The notes: a model not told the origin generated them from the letters alone. Numbered from the whole stretch's first letter, positions 40,801 through 52,512 are shown. The stretch: DNA of 59,178 bases, filler included, from 5 parts of 5 records of this genome joined end to end with filler, not necessarily neighbours in it, one strand, 5' to 3'. Made by a program: numbers and translations.

Positions 40801-43546
40801 CGGTGGTGGCTACGACACATGGGCGGGCGGCTATGCCTCAACCGTTGCAGGGGGAGGCTACAACTCTGCTACGGGACTCGGTTCAACAATTGGCGGCGGG
40901 GCCTACAATGGTGCGTATGGTGAGTACTCCTCAGTCGGGGGTGGACAGTCGAGCTATGTCTCAGCTCACTACGGAACAGTGCAGGGTGGCCACAACCACT
41001 ACGTCTACGGGTACGGAGGAACTGTCGGTGGGGGAATGTACAATTCTGCGTATGGTTCTTGGTCAAGCTCCGGCCATGGACAGTACAACAAAGCTTTTAA
41101 CACGTGGAGCACGATTGGTGGGGGCTACTACAACTGGAACTATTCCGTCGGTGGAACCGTTGTTGGTGGCTCTGCGAACTGGGTTTACGGAAACAAGTAC
41201 GCCACCTTCGTTGCAGGACACAACCACTACATGTACGCCTACGCTGGCACTGTTGGTGGCGGTATGTACAACTCTGTCTACAGCTCTTATGGAACCGTTG
41301 GCAGTGGTTGGTACGTTCACAATCACGGAACGTATGCCTCAATGGCTGGTGGGCATTCCACGTTTGTGTATGCAACTGGTGGTTCTATTGGAGGTGGAAT
41401 CAGCAACTACGTGTACGCCACTTACGCCACGATTGGTGGAGGAACGTCGACTTACGTGTATGCAGCCTATTCCACGTTTACTTCAGGCCACAACTCGTAC
41501 ATGTATGGGTATGCTAGTTCTATTGCGGGCGGCCAGTATGGGTCCACGTACGGTGCCAACTCGGCATTGGGGGGAGGCTGGTACGCCCGAGCCATGGGTG
41601 ATGCAGCAACGGTCGGTGGAGGCCGATGGAACTATGGAACTGGTGACTATGGAGTTATCGGCGGTGGAGCTTACAATTGGGCGGCTGGCTACGGCGCGGC
41701 AGTGGTTGGTGGAAATTACAACGGTGCATACGCTGTTCATTCCGTGATTGGCGGTGGTCAGTCGCAGTACGTGTATGATGGAACGGCCACCATTGCCGGA
41801 GGCCACAACAACTACATTTACGCCTATGGTGGTACCGTCGGTGGAGGAATGTACAACAGCATCTACGGTGAATTGGCTACTGTGGGCGGTGGGTACTGGA
41901 ATAGAGTGTACGGGACTGGCAACACAATAGTTGGAGGGTACTGGAACTCGGGTTACGGCTCAAAGCCAACCATCATCGCTGGCGGGCGCCAAAATTACGT
42001 CAAGGGGCCGTTTGGTTCCATCAACGGCGGCTACACCAACTACGTGTACGCATACGCTGCGACAGTGGCAGGCGGCCAGTCCAATTCCGGGTACGGTTTC
42101 GCGGCGTACGTTGGCGGCGGCTTCTCAGCCGATGCCATGAGCGCGTACGCTACCAACACTGGAGGTTATCAGACTGGCGCAAGCAAACAAGGTTCTGTCA
42201 GTGCTGGTGGATGGTACAACTTTGCGTCAGGCTACCGTTCCACGGTGGCCGGTGGTGCAAACAATGCAGCTGCGGCAACGCATTCATTCATTGGCGGTGG
42301 CTACAACAATGCAGCGTACTACTCGTTTACCAGCATTGGAGGTGGAGCATCCAACCTCATCTACGGATACTACAGTACCATTGCAGGTGGCCAGGGCAAC
42401 AGCGTCTACTACGGTGATTTTGGTAGCATTGGCGGAGGCTCTTCGAACAAACTTTTCGGTGACTGGTCTGTCGTTGCTGGTGGAATTTCGAACCTCATCT
42501 ATGGTCATGCCTCGTCAATCGGTGGAGGAGCAAGCAACTACATTAACAGTGTGTGGCGCAGCTACATTGGTGGTGGGACTGCCAACTACGTCTACGCCTA
42601 CGCTGGAACCATTGCTGGCGGGAAAGCCAATTATGTGTACGGAAGCTACGGGTCAGTGAGCGGTGGATTGGGCAATCAAGCCAAAGCGTCATGGAGCAGT
42701 GTGCTTGGTGGATACTACAACTCTGCTGTGGGAACTTCAAGCACAGTTGCTGGCGGGTCTTCGAATACCGCCTACGGTGCTTATTCTTTTGCGTCCGGCG
42801 CCAATGGACGTGCTTATAGCAGTCACAGCGCGACCTTTGCCTTTTCCGGAGATTCGTGTGAGAGTCAAGGTGAAAAGACGCTCAACGTGTGCACGGCAAA
42901 TGGGTTTTTCCATAACGGTGCATTGGTTGATGAGACGCGACTGGATCTGTCGAACACAATTGACGACGCAACGTCCGTGATAGTCGGCGGAAAATCCAAC
43001 ACAGTACTTGGAGTTTATGATGGGTTGGTGGGCGGAAGGCAGAATAAAGTCCAGGCCGACTACGCAGCTGTTGGTGGTGGATTCCGTTCGAAAGTATTTT
43101 CCAACTATGCAGTTGTCGCTGGCGGCTACAACAATGCTGCTCTCGGACGATTCTCGTCCGTACTTGGCGGTGCAAAAAACAAGGCTCGGGGTCGATACTC
43201 GCTCGCCTTCGGCTATGACGCCGAAGCCAAGGGCGACAGATCACTCGCAATGAGTTTTGCCAGCAACGGGTGCACTGCAAAGACTGATGACACAATCAAC
43301 ATCTGCTCCAAGAGCGTGTTTGTTAATGACTTTGATGTGTCGCGTGTTGCCGGTTTCCGGCGAAACCTCGATGAGAACCGCCAAAACCTCGATGAGGTGA
43401 TGGGGATGAACTTGAAGAAAATGTCGCAGAACGCTGTTTTTATTGATGAGAACGAAAAGAGCCTTGCAGAATTGAAGAAATTGCTTGATGGGCAAATGAA
43501 ACTTCTTGCGGAGCTTCAGACTTTGGCACAAGTGAGCCAAGTGTGA
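37826..43546 (+). CDS. Secreted giant Gly/Tyr-rich 15-residue repeat protein, predicted beta-solenoid fibre (1868 aa, 2 exons)
   Basis: Exon 1 is 37826-38847, intron 38848-38961 (GTAAGT...TTCCAG, 114 nt), exon 2 is 38962-43546. The splice restores the repeat register (GGGQD-N-FATSYASSVAGG). Signal peptide MAMVRSTALCAVLLTLWAPHVEA. Repeat xGG-xYN-xAxG-xYSTV. C-terminal heptad region. Confidence 0.88.
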
Positions 43547-43662
43547 TGCTTGAAAAAAACCTTTCAACTAGCAGAGGACCCCGCGTGTGCCCGGCGTTTG
43601 TTTGCATGTTTGCGCAATGTCGAATTAAAAATTAAATTGAAACCTAATGTATGTGGCGAATA

Positions 43663-46600
43663 CTATCGAGAGTGGGGTCTTTCGAAGGTGTGATTCAAGA
43701 TGGTCGGGATGAATTCCTCGCCTTGCAGACACCACCTAACAGGATGCACGTTGCCACCTCCAATGTTTGATTCAAGGCCTGACCTGCAACAAACAAACAA
43801 ATCTCAGCACGAAATAATAGGGCGCAACGTACCCGTGGTCCATCCCCTTCAGCAAAAGAGCTTTACACCACTTGCTCTTGTATAATACAACTTCACCGGG
43901 CTTGTTGAAAACCTCGTTGGCATTGTCGCTGTACACACCGCTTTTCAGCAAAACGGGAAGTGGCGCTGACACCGTATCTTCGTTGACATCGCCGTGTGTA
44001 TCCAAGTCGAACCTGACAGGAACGCACAAAAAGTCCAGAGACATCAATCTTCAACACCGACAATACGCTTCCCCACAAACTTCGTATCTGGCAAGCATAC
44101 CAGTGTTTAAGATAATGGAGCACTCCGCGCGTGGGAACTATGTAGTCAAACTCCGAAAGTACCTGAAGCGGAAGAAATGCAATTTAGTGATCAAGACAGC
44201 ACTTAACTTTGCCTGTCATTTCGACAAGACAACGCAGACGTAGTTCCTCGCTACTAACCAAGAGTACTGGAGCCTGTGGCAAAGAGGCTGCATCGTCACA
44301 ACAAGTTGCCTGTGCAAAAAAACACCAAGTCAATTCCGACGTAAAAAAGTCAACGTTCAAGGTCGCCCTTGCCGTAGCAAACCTCGACCAGACGATGAAG
44401 ATCTTCCGCCCATAAAGTGTTTTCAAACCACCAAAAGTTACGAGTCAGTGAGTATGCGAGATGAGGTTCGCGGTTTAACAGGTAGGAGGCGATTGCTGAG
44501 TATCCTGGATGGTCTTTGTCAATTCGGTATCTAGACACCACAAACATACAAGCAAAGTGTGAAGACCTTGCTGCATCCCTAAAGTCTGACGATGAACTCA
44601 ACAAGCAAAAGCAGTTCCAGATAGGACGCCGATTCCAACGTACACAAAGTTGGCCGCGACGTTGGACCAATACATGAGAACGCAGATGGGATCTACAAGG
44701 GTTGCTCGATACACCCACTCGGGATGCCATCGAATCATCCATGCCACAGGCAAAGTTCCGAAGCTATGACCTATGATGCGAAAACCGGTAGTAGGCAGAG
44801 TTAGCTTTTGGCACGGCAAAATGCCATGTGGCAGGAAACAAACGCCACGATTTGGCAGACACGGCACACACCAATAAAAATAGCCCCTTGCTGCTCGTTG
44901 GCGGCGAGGGTGGCTGGCACCACATCGCTGCTGCAGGTCTCAGGGCACACATGGCAAACTTTTTGTGCGGCACAAGTCGGACAACGCGCCACATGGCCAT
45001 GTTTGCTCAGCATTGTGGCAATGCCGTCTGCAAAGTACCGCGCTGGGATTTGGTTCACTACAGCGTCTTCATCGAGCTGCATGGTAATGTGCGGCTGCTC
45101 CACGAGAAAAATTCCCGAACTCGGAAGCGACACACGACTACAGTCGGGTCTCTCCAGCTCCTCATTTTGAATGTTTGATGTGCCAACGCTTCGTCTGTTG
45201 GCCACCTGCAGAGCCCCAAGAAGTTGCTTCACAAAGCGGATATACCTGGTTTAAGGCCAAATTTGGTGGTCAACGTGGACGGCCAGACATCCACGCTGGC
45301 GATTTCATTTTATTTCGTGCGGATGAGATGCATGCATTGAACGAACATGACAATACCACCGCCAACACCATGGAAAAATACTGTTGGGGGTGCTCCTTGC
45401 AGCGAACACATTTGGTCAGGAGCAGCTTGGGCATTGTTCGCTACTGACGCCGCAAACTCTGCGGCAAGGTCCCGGTGCCAATAGGTGATGGAGTGTCCTG
45501 TCCAGAGCAGCAACAATAGGTGATGGGCCTAATAGGGGCACGCTTCGCCCCGCCCATGGATCGTTTCTACTCCTGACCCAGCGTACCGTCTTTGCACTGC
45601 ACCTCGTACCGGGAAAATCCTAAACGACCTGCAGCCAAGTATTGTGATCGTTTGCCAAGAAAAGTTCATCACGATGGTCGATACCGACCAATGCACGCAC
45701 AGTCCCACAATCGAGAAAATAATCAAAAACACGAACGGAGGGCAAGCGGCTGAATGACGTTTGCCACAATGTGCGTGAGAGCATAAAATACAAGCGGGTG
45801 ATGAACTATCACAAGTGGGTCGATCGCAGGTCTAGATACGTGGAGCGGCCCACAGAACCATATTTTACAGTGGGGACGTGCGAGGAATAACGAGTCTCAA
45901 GATACAGTGAAGATACAATGCTGCTGAACAAACCGAAAGCACACGAGCTCTGGATCATATTCTCCAGCAGCTGCATGAAGAAACGAACACAATGAAATCC
46001 AAAGGCATCCAGCGCACAAGCTTGCATCTATCAAGCAAGGTCTATTCCACAAACTGGCCCAGCCCAATGCGCAACCAAGTACAGCAGTGTGCCCAGGTGC
46101 TGAGAAACACCAATGGAAAAACGAACCAAGTGAACCGAGTTTCTGCTCAATGAGATGGATGACTTCGTCAACCTTGTCAGAAAAGCGGGCGTTTGCGCTT
46201 GCATGAAAATAAATGAACAACGACAGGCGACAAGCGTCAGGAGAACCACCAAACCGACCAACCTCGTCCTTTTCCTCGCGTGTTTCAGCCGCTGGCTTGC
46301 AGAAAAGCGTGAAAGCAATGAACGCCCGCACATTCTCACGCCTCAACGCCTGAAAAGGTTCAAAAAGAACAGACAACAGACAGAAAGCCGCCAATGGCAA
46401 CGGAATTGAATTGAACCATGCAGACCAAAGCTTCGGCACCCCCACAGGAGATTGCATTGCGAATGCCTTGGCCCAACGCACCGAGTACTTCGCGCCGTCG
46501 AACCACTTGCAAAGCCAATGTCGCCCACGTTCCACGGATCCACCAATACTGGGATCAGTTTCCGTATCCAACAATCGGTGAAACAACGTCCGGCTGATCC

Positions 46601-47273
46601 GGACGCAGAAAGCGGCAGCACAACCCCAACAACACACAGCAGCAAAAAAAAATCCACATCAACGAACTCATTTTTCGATTGCAAAGTCGTCTTTTCGAGG
46701 CGAAAGACTTGGCTGCAGAGTCGCCCCACATATGCGCTGCGGCAGTTTCTGAACAGACTCACCGCTCGTCGCGCTGAAACTGTGAAAGTTGGGGCTCGGC
46801 AACACCTATTTGTGGCGCCTAGCGCGCAGCAGCCAAACAGAAATTATCAAAAGCAGCAATGGGCAGTTCTCGGCAAGCGTGAAATAATCACGAAATTTCG
46901 ACAATGATCACGTGACAAAGTCATTCAAAAACATAAACGAGATGTTGAACTGCAGGGAACTTCCTGGACAAACCTCTAAAACAGCTCGGCGTTGGCTCTG
47001 AAAGTAAGCGTAGAAGGCGGCCTCCGCTCCAAACCAGCTTGCGAGTATCCCCACAAACACATTCCTGAAACGGCGAGTCCATTTTTGTTTATTTTGCTTC
47101 CTCTGCTTGGGCGAAACATCTGCAGCGCCATGAGTGTTGCAGCGAGTTCCAGCTTTTCGCCGATGATTTTCCAAAAGTGCTGATCGTCCCACGAATGGCC
47201 CCCGGGTCGGTGCACGTGCGGCAATGCGGTTCCGCACACACCGAGTGCAAAGCCCGATCCCGGCTCTCAGCAT
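43663..47273 (-). CDS. Multi-exon eukaryotic alpha/beta hydrolase fold protein (about 14 exons; internal boundaries partly tentative)
   Basis: Spliced segments WLCKWFDG, LRRENVRAF, DPLVIVHHPLVFY, ITYWHR, PTVFFHGVGGG, VEQPHITM, GHSFG (near 44757-44770), LVDPICVL..NVAANFVY, RNFWWFENTLWAEDL, LSEFDYIV, GMDHG give a Ser-Asp-His triad. Arg-rich N-terminus resembles an organellar transit peptide. Confidence 0.75.
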
Positions 47274-47440
47274 ACTCCTTGTGCCAAAAAAGACAACAAA
47301 TATCCAGACAAAGGGTACACGAAAGGAAAGCCCAAACTCACGTATCGCCGCGCTACCAATGCAGCATCCCCAGATGCGCTCGCAACAGCAGCCAAAAAGC
47401 TAGTAAGTACGAACCACGAGCACGAATCTTCCCAAAAAAA

Positions 47441-47465
47441 AGATCGGAAGAGCGTCGTGTAGGGA
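47441..47465 (+). other. Illumina TruSeq adapter sequence (artefact)
   Basis: AGATCGGAAGAGCGTCGTGTAGGGA at the contig end. Confidence 0.97.
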
Positions 47466-47565
47466 NNNNNNNNNNNNNNNNNNNNNNNNNNNNNNNNNNN
47501 NNNNNNNNNTTAATTAATTAANNNNNNNNNNNNNNNNNNNNNNNNNNNNNNNNNNNNNNNNNNNN
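47466..47565. other. Artificial contig spacer
   Basis: 44 N + TTAATTAATTAA + 44 N. Confidence 0.99.
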
Positions 47566-48033
47566 CTGGATCACGAACATCACGTCCGGGCGGCCGGCAT
47601 CATACTCGTCAAACACCAGCGCCACATTGTGCTGATAGGCCCACGGCAGGATTCCATCCTTGAATTCGGTAATCTGCATGCCATCGCGGACAACGATGGC
47701 GTCCTTGCCGACCAGATCGATACGGCTGACATGGCTATCGAGGTTGACACGCACGCAAGGCCAGTTGAGCCGTGCCGCAACCTGCTCGATATGGGTCGAT
47801 TTGCCGGTTCCGTGGTATCCTGACACCATCACCCGGCGGTTGTGGGCGAACCCGGCCAGGATGGCGAGCGTGGTATCACGGTCGAACAGATAATCCGGAT
47901 CAAGGTCAGGAACATAGGAATCCCGCTCCTTGTAGGCCGGGACAGAGATGTCCGAATCGATGCCGAACACGTCACGTACCTTGACGGTGGTGTCGGGAAG
48001 GTTGGTGATATCGAGGTCGATCTTGCTCATCAT
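47566..48033 (-). CDS. cobS: Cobaltochelatase subunit CobS, N-terminal part (truncated by contig end)
   Basis: PDTTVKVRDVFGID, YLFDRDTTLAILAGFAHNRRVMVSGYHGTGKSTHIEQVAARLNWP, FDEYDAGRPDVMFVIQ. Confidence 0.95.
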
Positions 48034-48100
48034 GTCTCCAAGGCCTGGCTAATATGCCTGCGGGCCGTCTCTCATGTCCGGTTCTGCTTAGACTGTTCGC

Positions 48101-48718
48101 TTAGCAGAAACCAGACTGCTTTAACAATTGGTAGGCCTGGATAACGGCACGAAAACGGTCCTCGGAACCGCGGTCGCCGCCATTGGCGTCGGGGTGGTGT
48201 TGTTTGACCAGCTCCTTGTAGCGGGTCTTGATCTCTGTCGATGTCGCATTTCCGGCAAGACCAAGCGTATCGAAGGCCTTTCCTTCCAGCGGCTTGAGCT
48301 TGCGGGCACGAACCGGACGGTTGGGACGGCGGGTTTCGAAAAAGCCATGCGGATCGCGCATCTGCGCCTGGGCCCCGGCCGAGCCGGACTTCGCCGTCGA
48401 TTGGTTTGGTCCGCTGGCCGCCGCCCGGTCCACACCCATTTTCCATGTCGGACGGTTCCCCGTCAGCGCTTCTTTCTGATAGCGCGCGATCTCGCCATCG
48501 GAAAGGCCGGAAAAATAGTTGTAGCCCTTGTTGTACTCCCGCGCATGGTCGACGCAGAACATGAAATACTGCCCTTCGGCATCACGGCCGACGGGTGCGC
48601 GGTGCGTCCCGGGCTTGTTGCAGCCGTCCCACTGACATTCGGGTGCTATAGTTTCAGCCGGCTTTGCGCCTTTGCGGCGGACCCGAATGCGGTCAAAATA
48701 TTTGGAATCCAGTTTCAT
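48101..48718 (-). CDS. J-domain (DnaJ-like) protein
   Basis: CQWDGC...HRAP...FCVDHAREYNKGYNYF and C-terminal J domain YKELVKQHHPDANGGDRGSE. Conserved position next to cobS. Confidence 0.92.
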   Translation of the reverse strand: MKLDSKYFDRIRVRRKGAKPAETIAPECQWDGCNKPGTHRAPVGRDAEGQYFMFCVDHAREYNKGYNYFSGLSDGEIARYQKEALTGNRPTWKMGVDRAAASGPNQSTAKSGSAGAQAQMRDPHGFFETRRPNRPVRARKLKPLEGKAFDTLGLAGNATSTEIKTRYKELVKQHHPDANGGDRGSEDRFRAVIQAYQLLKQSGFC

Positions 48719-48865
48719 AGCGACAGTTATGGTGCTCTACAGGTTAGCGAACAAGGATTGACAAGGGTGATTCAAGCTGCGTACCCCGTCTCGACTTCGA
48801 ATGCCACCATGCAAATCGCAACAGTCGAATTTTGTGACCGCGCATCATACACCAGGAGCATCTTC

Positions 48866-49168
48866 ATGTCCCGCCAGAACCGCATTGAAACAGCGCTGAC
48901 TGAAAAATTCGGGCCCGAACGGCTGATCGTGATCAATGAAAGTCACCTCCACGCCGGCCACAACCATTCCGGCAGCGAGCATCACGAGGCCTTCGACGGA
49001 ACCGGCGAAACCCATTTTCGCATCCGCATCGTGGCGCCCGCATTTGCCGGCATGAGCCGTATCCAGCGCCACCGCGCCGTCAACGAACTCCTCAAGGATG
49101 AACTCGACGGCGGCCTGCACGCGATGGCCGTCGAGGCATCAGCACCCGGCGAACCGACACGCTGGTAA
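48866..49168 (+). CDS. bolA: BolA family protein
   Basis: NESHLHAGH, GETHFRIRIV, FAGMSRIQRHR, GLHAMA. Start at ATG 48866. Confidence 0.92.
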   Translation: MSRQNRIETALTEKFGPERLIVINESHLHAGHNHSGSEHHEAFDGTGETHFRIRIVAPAFAGMSRIQRHRAVNELLKDELDGGLHAMAVEASAPGEPTRW

Positions 49169-49191
49169 GCCCCGTCAGCTGATCCGCGCCA

Positions 49192-50487
49192 TCAGGCCTT
49201 GTCCATAGGCCGGATTCGCAGCCGTGTGATCCTGTTGCGGTCCCGCTTCATCACGATAAAGCGCTTGCCGTGGAAGGTGAACGCCTGCTTTTCCTCGGGA
49301 ATCGTCTGTGATTCGTGAATCACCAGCCCGGCCACGGTTGTCGCTTCATCATCGGGCAGCGACCAGTCGAGCGCCCGGTTGAGGTCGCGAATCGGAACTG
49401 AACCATCAACCACGATAGAGCCGTCGGCTTCCTGCCTGACCCCTTGAACCTCGGTATCATGCTCGTCCGCAATGTCGCCGACGATCTCCTCTAGAATATC
49501 CTCCAGCGTCACCAGACCTTCCACCTCGCCGTACTCGTCAACAACGATGGCGATGTGGGCCTTGCGCCTCAAAAAGGCATTGAGCTGGTCGGGCACACTG
49601 GTCGTATCGGGCACGAACCAGGGTTTCTGGGCAATCTTGACCACATCCATCCGGTGCGGCTCGGTGGGATTATCAGCCAGAACCCGCAACACATCCTTGG
49701 CATGAACAATACCGATGATGTTGTCGGTCGACCCGCGCCAGATCGGCATTCTTGTGTAGGGGCTTTCGAGAACCGCACGGACATTGCCTTCAGGCGTCTC
49801 GTCGGCATTGAGCATGCGCATTGAGGTGCGGTGGATCATCACGTCCGAAACTTCCAGATCGCCCAGATCCAGCACGCCGCCCAGCCGGTCACGGTCCGCC
49901 TTGATCACCGACCCTTCCCGGTGCAGCAGGTCCACCGCGCCGCGGATTTCCTCATGCGCAGAAAACATCGAGGTCTCGGACGAGAAAGTGACACCGAACA
50001 GCGCCATGATGTGGCGCACGATCCAGTTGACGAAGCTCGACAACGGACCAACGACGACGACAAAGGCCTTGACGATCGGCGCCACGGTCATCGCAAACCG
50101 ATCAGGCGTCGAGATCGCCCAGCTCTTGGGCAGAACTTCGGCAAAAATCACCAGCAGCAGGGTCATGGTCAGGGTCGCCACAGCAACGCCGGAATCACCA
50201 AAAATCGACAACAGCACGGTGGTGGCCAGCGCTGAGGCCAGAATATTGACCAGGTTGTTGCCGATCAGCAGTGCTCCGATCAGCCTGTCCTTGCGTTCGG
50301 TCAGCGCGTTGACCGTGGCCGCCCGCTCATCTCCACTGGTCTCCAGCGAATGCATGCGGGCCCGCGATGCAGCAGTCAGGGCCGTCTCTGATCCTGAAAA
50401 GAAACCCGACAAAGCGATCAAAACCAGGATCGCCAGAATGGTCAGGCCGTGCTCGACCAGGGTCGCGATAATTGTTTCTATGATCAT
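49192..50487 (-). CDS. HlyC/CorC (CNNM/DUF21-CBS-CorC) family transporter
   Basis: [58 protein letters not shown]. Confidence 0.93.
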   Translation of the reverse strand: MIIETIIATLVEHGLTILAILVLIALSGFFSGSETALTAASRARMHSLETSGDERAATVNALTERKDRLIGALLIGNNLVNILASALATTVLLSIFGDSGVAVATLTMTLLLVIFAEVLPKSWAISTPDRFAMTVAPIVKAFVVVVGPLSSFVNWIVRHIMALFGVTFSSETSMFSAHEEIRGAVDLLHREGSVIKADRDRLGGVLDLGDLEVSDVMIHRTSMRMLNADETPEGNVRAVLESPYTRMPIWRGSTDNIIGIVHAKDVLRVLADNPTEPHRMDVVKIAQKPWFVPDTTSVPDQLNAFLRRKAHIAIVVDEYGEVEGLVTLEDILEEIVGDIADEHDTEVQGVRQEADGSIVVDGSVPIRDLNRALDWSLPDDEATTVAGLVIHESQTIPEEKQAFTFHGKRFIVMKRDRNRITRLRIRPMDKA

Positions 50488-51608
50488 GATGCCCGCTTGT
50501 CCTCCAGGAACCGAAACACTTCATCCACCGGCACATCGTCGGCAACAAAGCTCTGCCCGATGCCGCGCGTCAGAATGAATGTCAACGCACCGCGCCGGAC
50601 CTTCTTGTCCTGCCCGATGTGCTTCATCAGTATATCGGTCGGCGGCAGCTCGCCTTCAATATCAGACATTCGGGTCGGCAGGCCAACCTCGTTGAGGTGG
50701 TGCCTGACCCGGGCCGCATCGTCGGGGCTTGCAAGGTTCATCCGGGCTGAGAACTCATGCGCCAGCACCATGCCGATGGCCACACCCTCGCCATGCACCA
50801 GCCGCCGCCCATCGTAGTCCGTGGCAGCCTCCAGCGCGTGACCGAATGTATGGCCGAGATTGAGAAGGGCCCGCGCGCCATGCTCGCGTTCATCCGCAGC
50901 CACCACATCGGCTTTCGCCTGACATCCAGTGGCAATCGCCTTGATCCGCGCTTCGCCTCCGGAAAACACCTCGCGCCAGTTTTTCTCAAGCCAGTCAAAA
51001 AACTCAGGCCGGTCAATCAGCCCGTATTTCGCCACCTCGGCATAACCGGCCCGGAATTCCCGGATCGGCAGGGTATCCAGCACATCGGTATCAGCCAGCA
51101 CCAGCTCCGGCTGATGAAACACGCCGATCAGATTTTTGCCATGCGACGAGTTGATCCCGGTCTTGCCGCCAACCGAAGAATCCACCTGCGCCAGCAGGCT
51201 GGTGGGAACCTGGATGAAGCCCATGCCGCGCCGCACGATACCGGCGGCAAATCCGGACAGATCGCCGATCACGCCGCCGCCCAGGGCCAGCACTGCGTCA
51301 CCGCGCTCGAGCCGGGCAGCGAGCACGTGATCACAGACATGCACCAGCTCATCAAATCTCTTGGTCTTCTCGCCCGGCTCAAGCACCAGCGGCGCCGCCT
51401 CTATTCCGGCAGCTGCCAGGCTCTCAAGCAACGCGTCGAGATGCGCAGCAGCCACATTGCGGTCGGTCACAACCGCGCACCGGATGCCCGGGTTGCGGGC
51501 CGCAATCTGAGTTCCGGCCTCGGCGATCAGGCCCGGTCCGATGACAATGTCATAGCTGCGCTCGCCGAGATCGACGCGAACAGTTTCACGGGGAGAGGTC
51601 TGGGTCAT
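50484..51608 (-). CDS. aroB: 3-dehydroquinate synthase
   Basis: [60 protein letters not shown]. Confidence 0.96.
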   Translation of the reverse strand: MTQTSPRETVRVDLGERSYDIVIGPGLIAEAGTQIAARNPGIRCAVVTDRNVAAAHLDALLESLAAAGIEAAPLVLEPGEKTKRFDELVHVCDHVLAARLERGDAVLALGGGVIGDLSGFAAGIVRRGMGFIQVPTSLLAQVDSSVGGKTGINSSHGKNLIGVFHQPELVLADTDVLDTLPIREFRAGYAEVAKYGLIDRPEFFDWLEKNWREVFSGGEARIKAIATGCQAKADVVAADEREHGARALLNLGHTFGHALEAATDYDGRRLVHGEGVAIGMVLAHEFSARMNLASPDDAARVRHHLNEVGLPTRMSDIEGELPPTDILMKHIGQDKKVRRGALTFILTRGIGQSFVADDVPVDEVFRFLEDKRAS

Positions 51609-52204
51609 GAATTGGGCACCCTATCCTGGCCACTGTCCAGCCGCGCGAGCGCCATGACTGTTTCAGAGGCGATAATTTCCTTGTCGTCATCCCGTGACGT
51701 CACTGTCACATCGGCCTTGGCATAGACCGGATAGCGCTGATCAAGAAGATCAGACAGCGTTTGCCTGGGATTGGCGGTCTTCAGCAACGGCCGCGAATCA
51801 CGCTTCGACACCCGCGCCCACAACACATCCAGATCGGCTTTCAGCCACACCGACAGGCCATTGTTGAGCACCATTGTCCGGGTGGTGTCATTCATGAACG
51901 CCCCGCCGCCGGTCGACAGCACGCGAGGTCCGGTCTTCAACAGCCGCTTGATCACGCGCGCTTCCAGAGCCCTGAATTCCGGTTCACCATAGGCTTCGAA
52001 CAATTCCGGGATGCTCATGCGCGAGACCCGTTCAATTTCGTGATCGGAATCGACAAACGGAATCTCGAGCATCTGCGACACCAACCGGCCAATGGCCGAT
52101 TTTCCAGCGCCCATCAGACCGACAAACACCAGATTGCGTTGGCCGAGCACACGTCGCGCCTTCTCGATATCCTGTTCCGGCGCAATAGCCTGCGGTTCAG
52201 TCAA
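51605..52204 (-). CDS. aroK: Shikimate kinase
   Basis: [44 protein letters not shown] start at 52204 after GGAG. Confidence 0.94.
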   Translation of the reverse strand: MTEPQAIAPEQDIEKARRVLGQRNLVFVGLMGAGKSAIGRLVSQMLEIPFVDSDHEIERVSRMSIPELFEAYGEPEFRALEARVIKRLLKTGPRVLSTGGGAFMNDTTRTMVLNNGLSVWLKADLDVLWARVSKRDSRPLLKTANPRQTLSDLLDQRYPVYAKADVTVTSRDDDKEIIASETVMALARLDSGQDRVPNS

Positions 52205-52351
52205 CTGTCTCCCCCGCCCTCGGGCCAATGATCCGCGCCCTCTATTGGCCATGTCCGGCGGCGCGTCAAGCATACCCCGGTTTCCGTACCGGTCTTGAAA
52301 CGCCGCGCTGGCTGCCGCATAACACCTCAACACCAGTTCGCCGGAGTGCCC

Positions 52352-52495
52352 ATGCCATCACTGTTTCGGTTCCTTTTTCTCTGCGCAGTGCTTGCCGGCA
52401 TCGTTTACGGCGCAATGTTCGCATTGATTATCTATGTTGAACCCGTCGACCGCGAAGTCACCGTGCGCGTCCCCACAGAAAAACTCAACAACTGA
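52352..52495 (+). CDS. Small single-TM conserved alphaproteobacterial protein upstream of xerD
   Basis: [41 protein letters not shown], with GGAG RBS. Confidence 0.75.
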   Translation: MPSLFRFLFLCAVLAGIVYGAMFALIIYVEPVDREVTVRVPTEKLNN

Positions 52496-52512
52496 CAGGA
52501 CCCGGTGATCAC

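Noticed and set aside
37826-43546. Calling the repeat protein an InaZ-type ice nucleation protein or a trimeric autotransporter
   Set aside because: The period is 15, not 16, the AGYGSTxTA motif is absent, there is no beta-barrel anchor, and the gene has a spliceosomal intron. Only an analogy is supportable.
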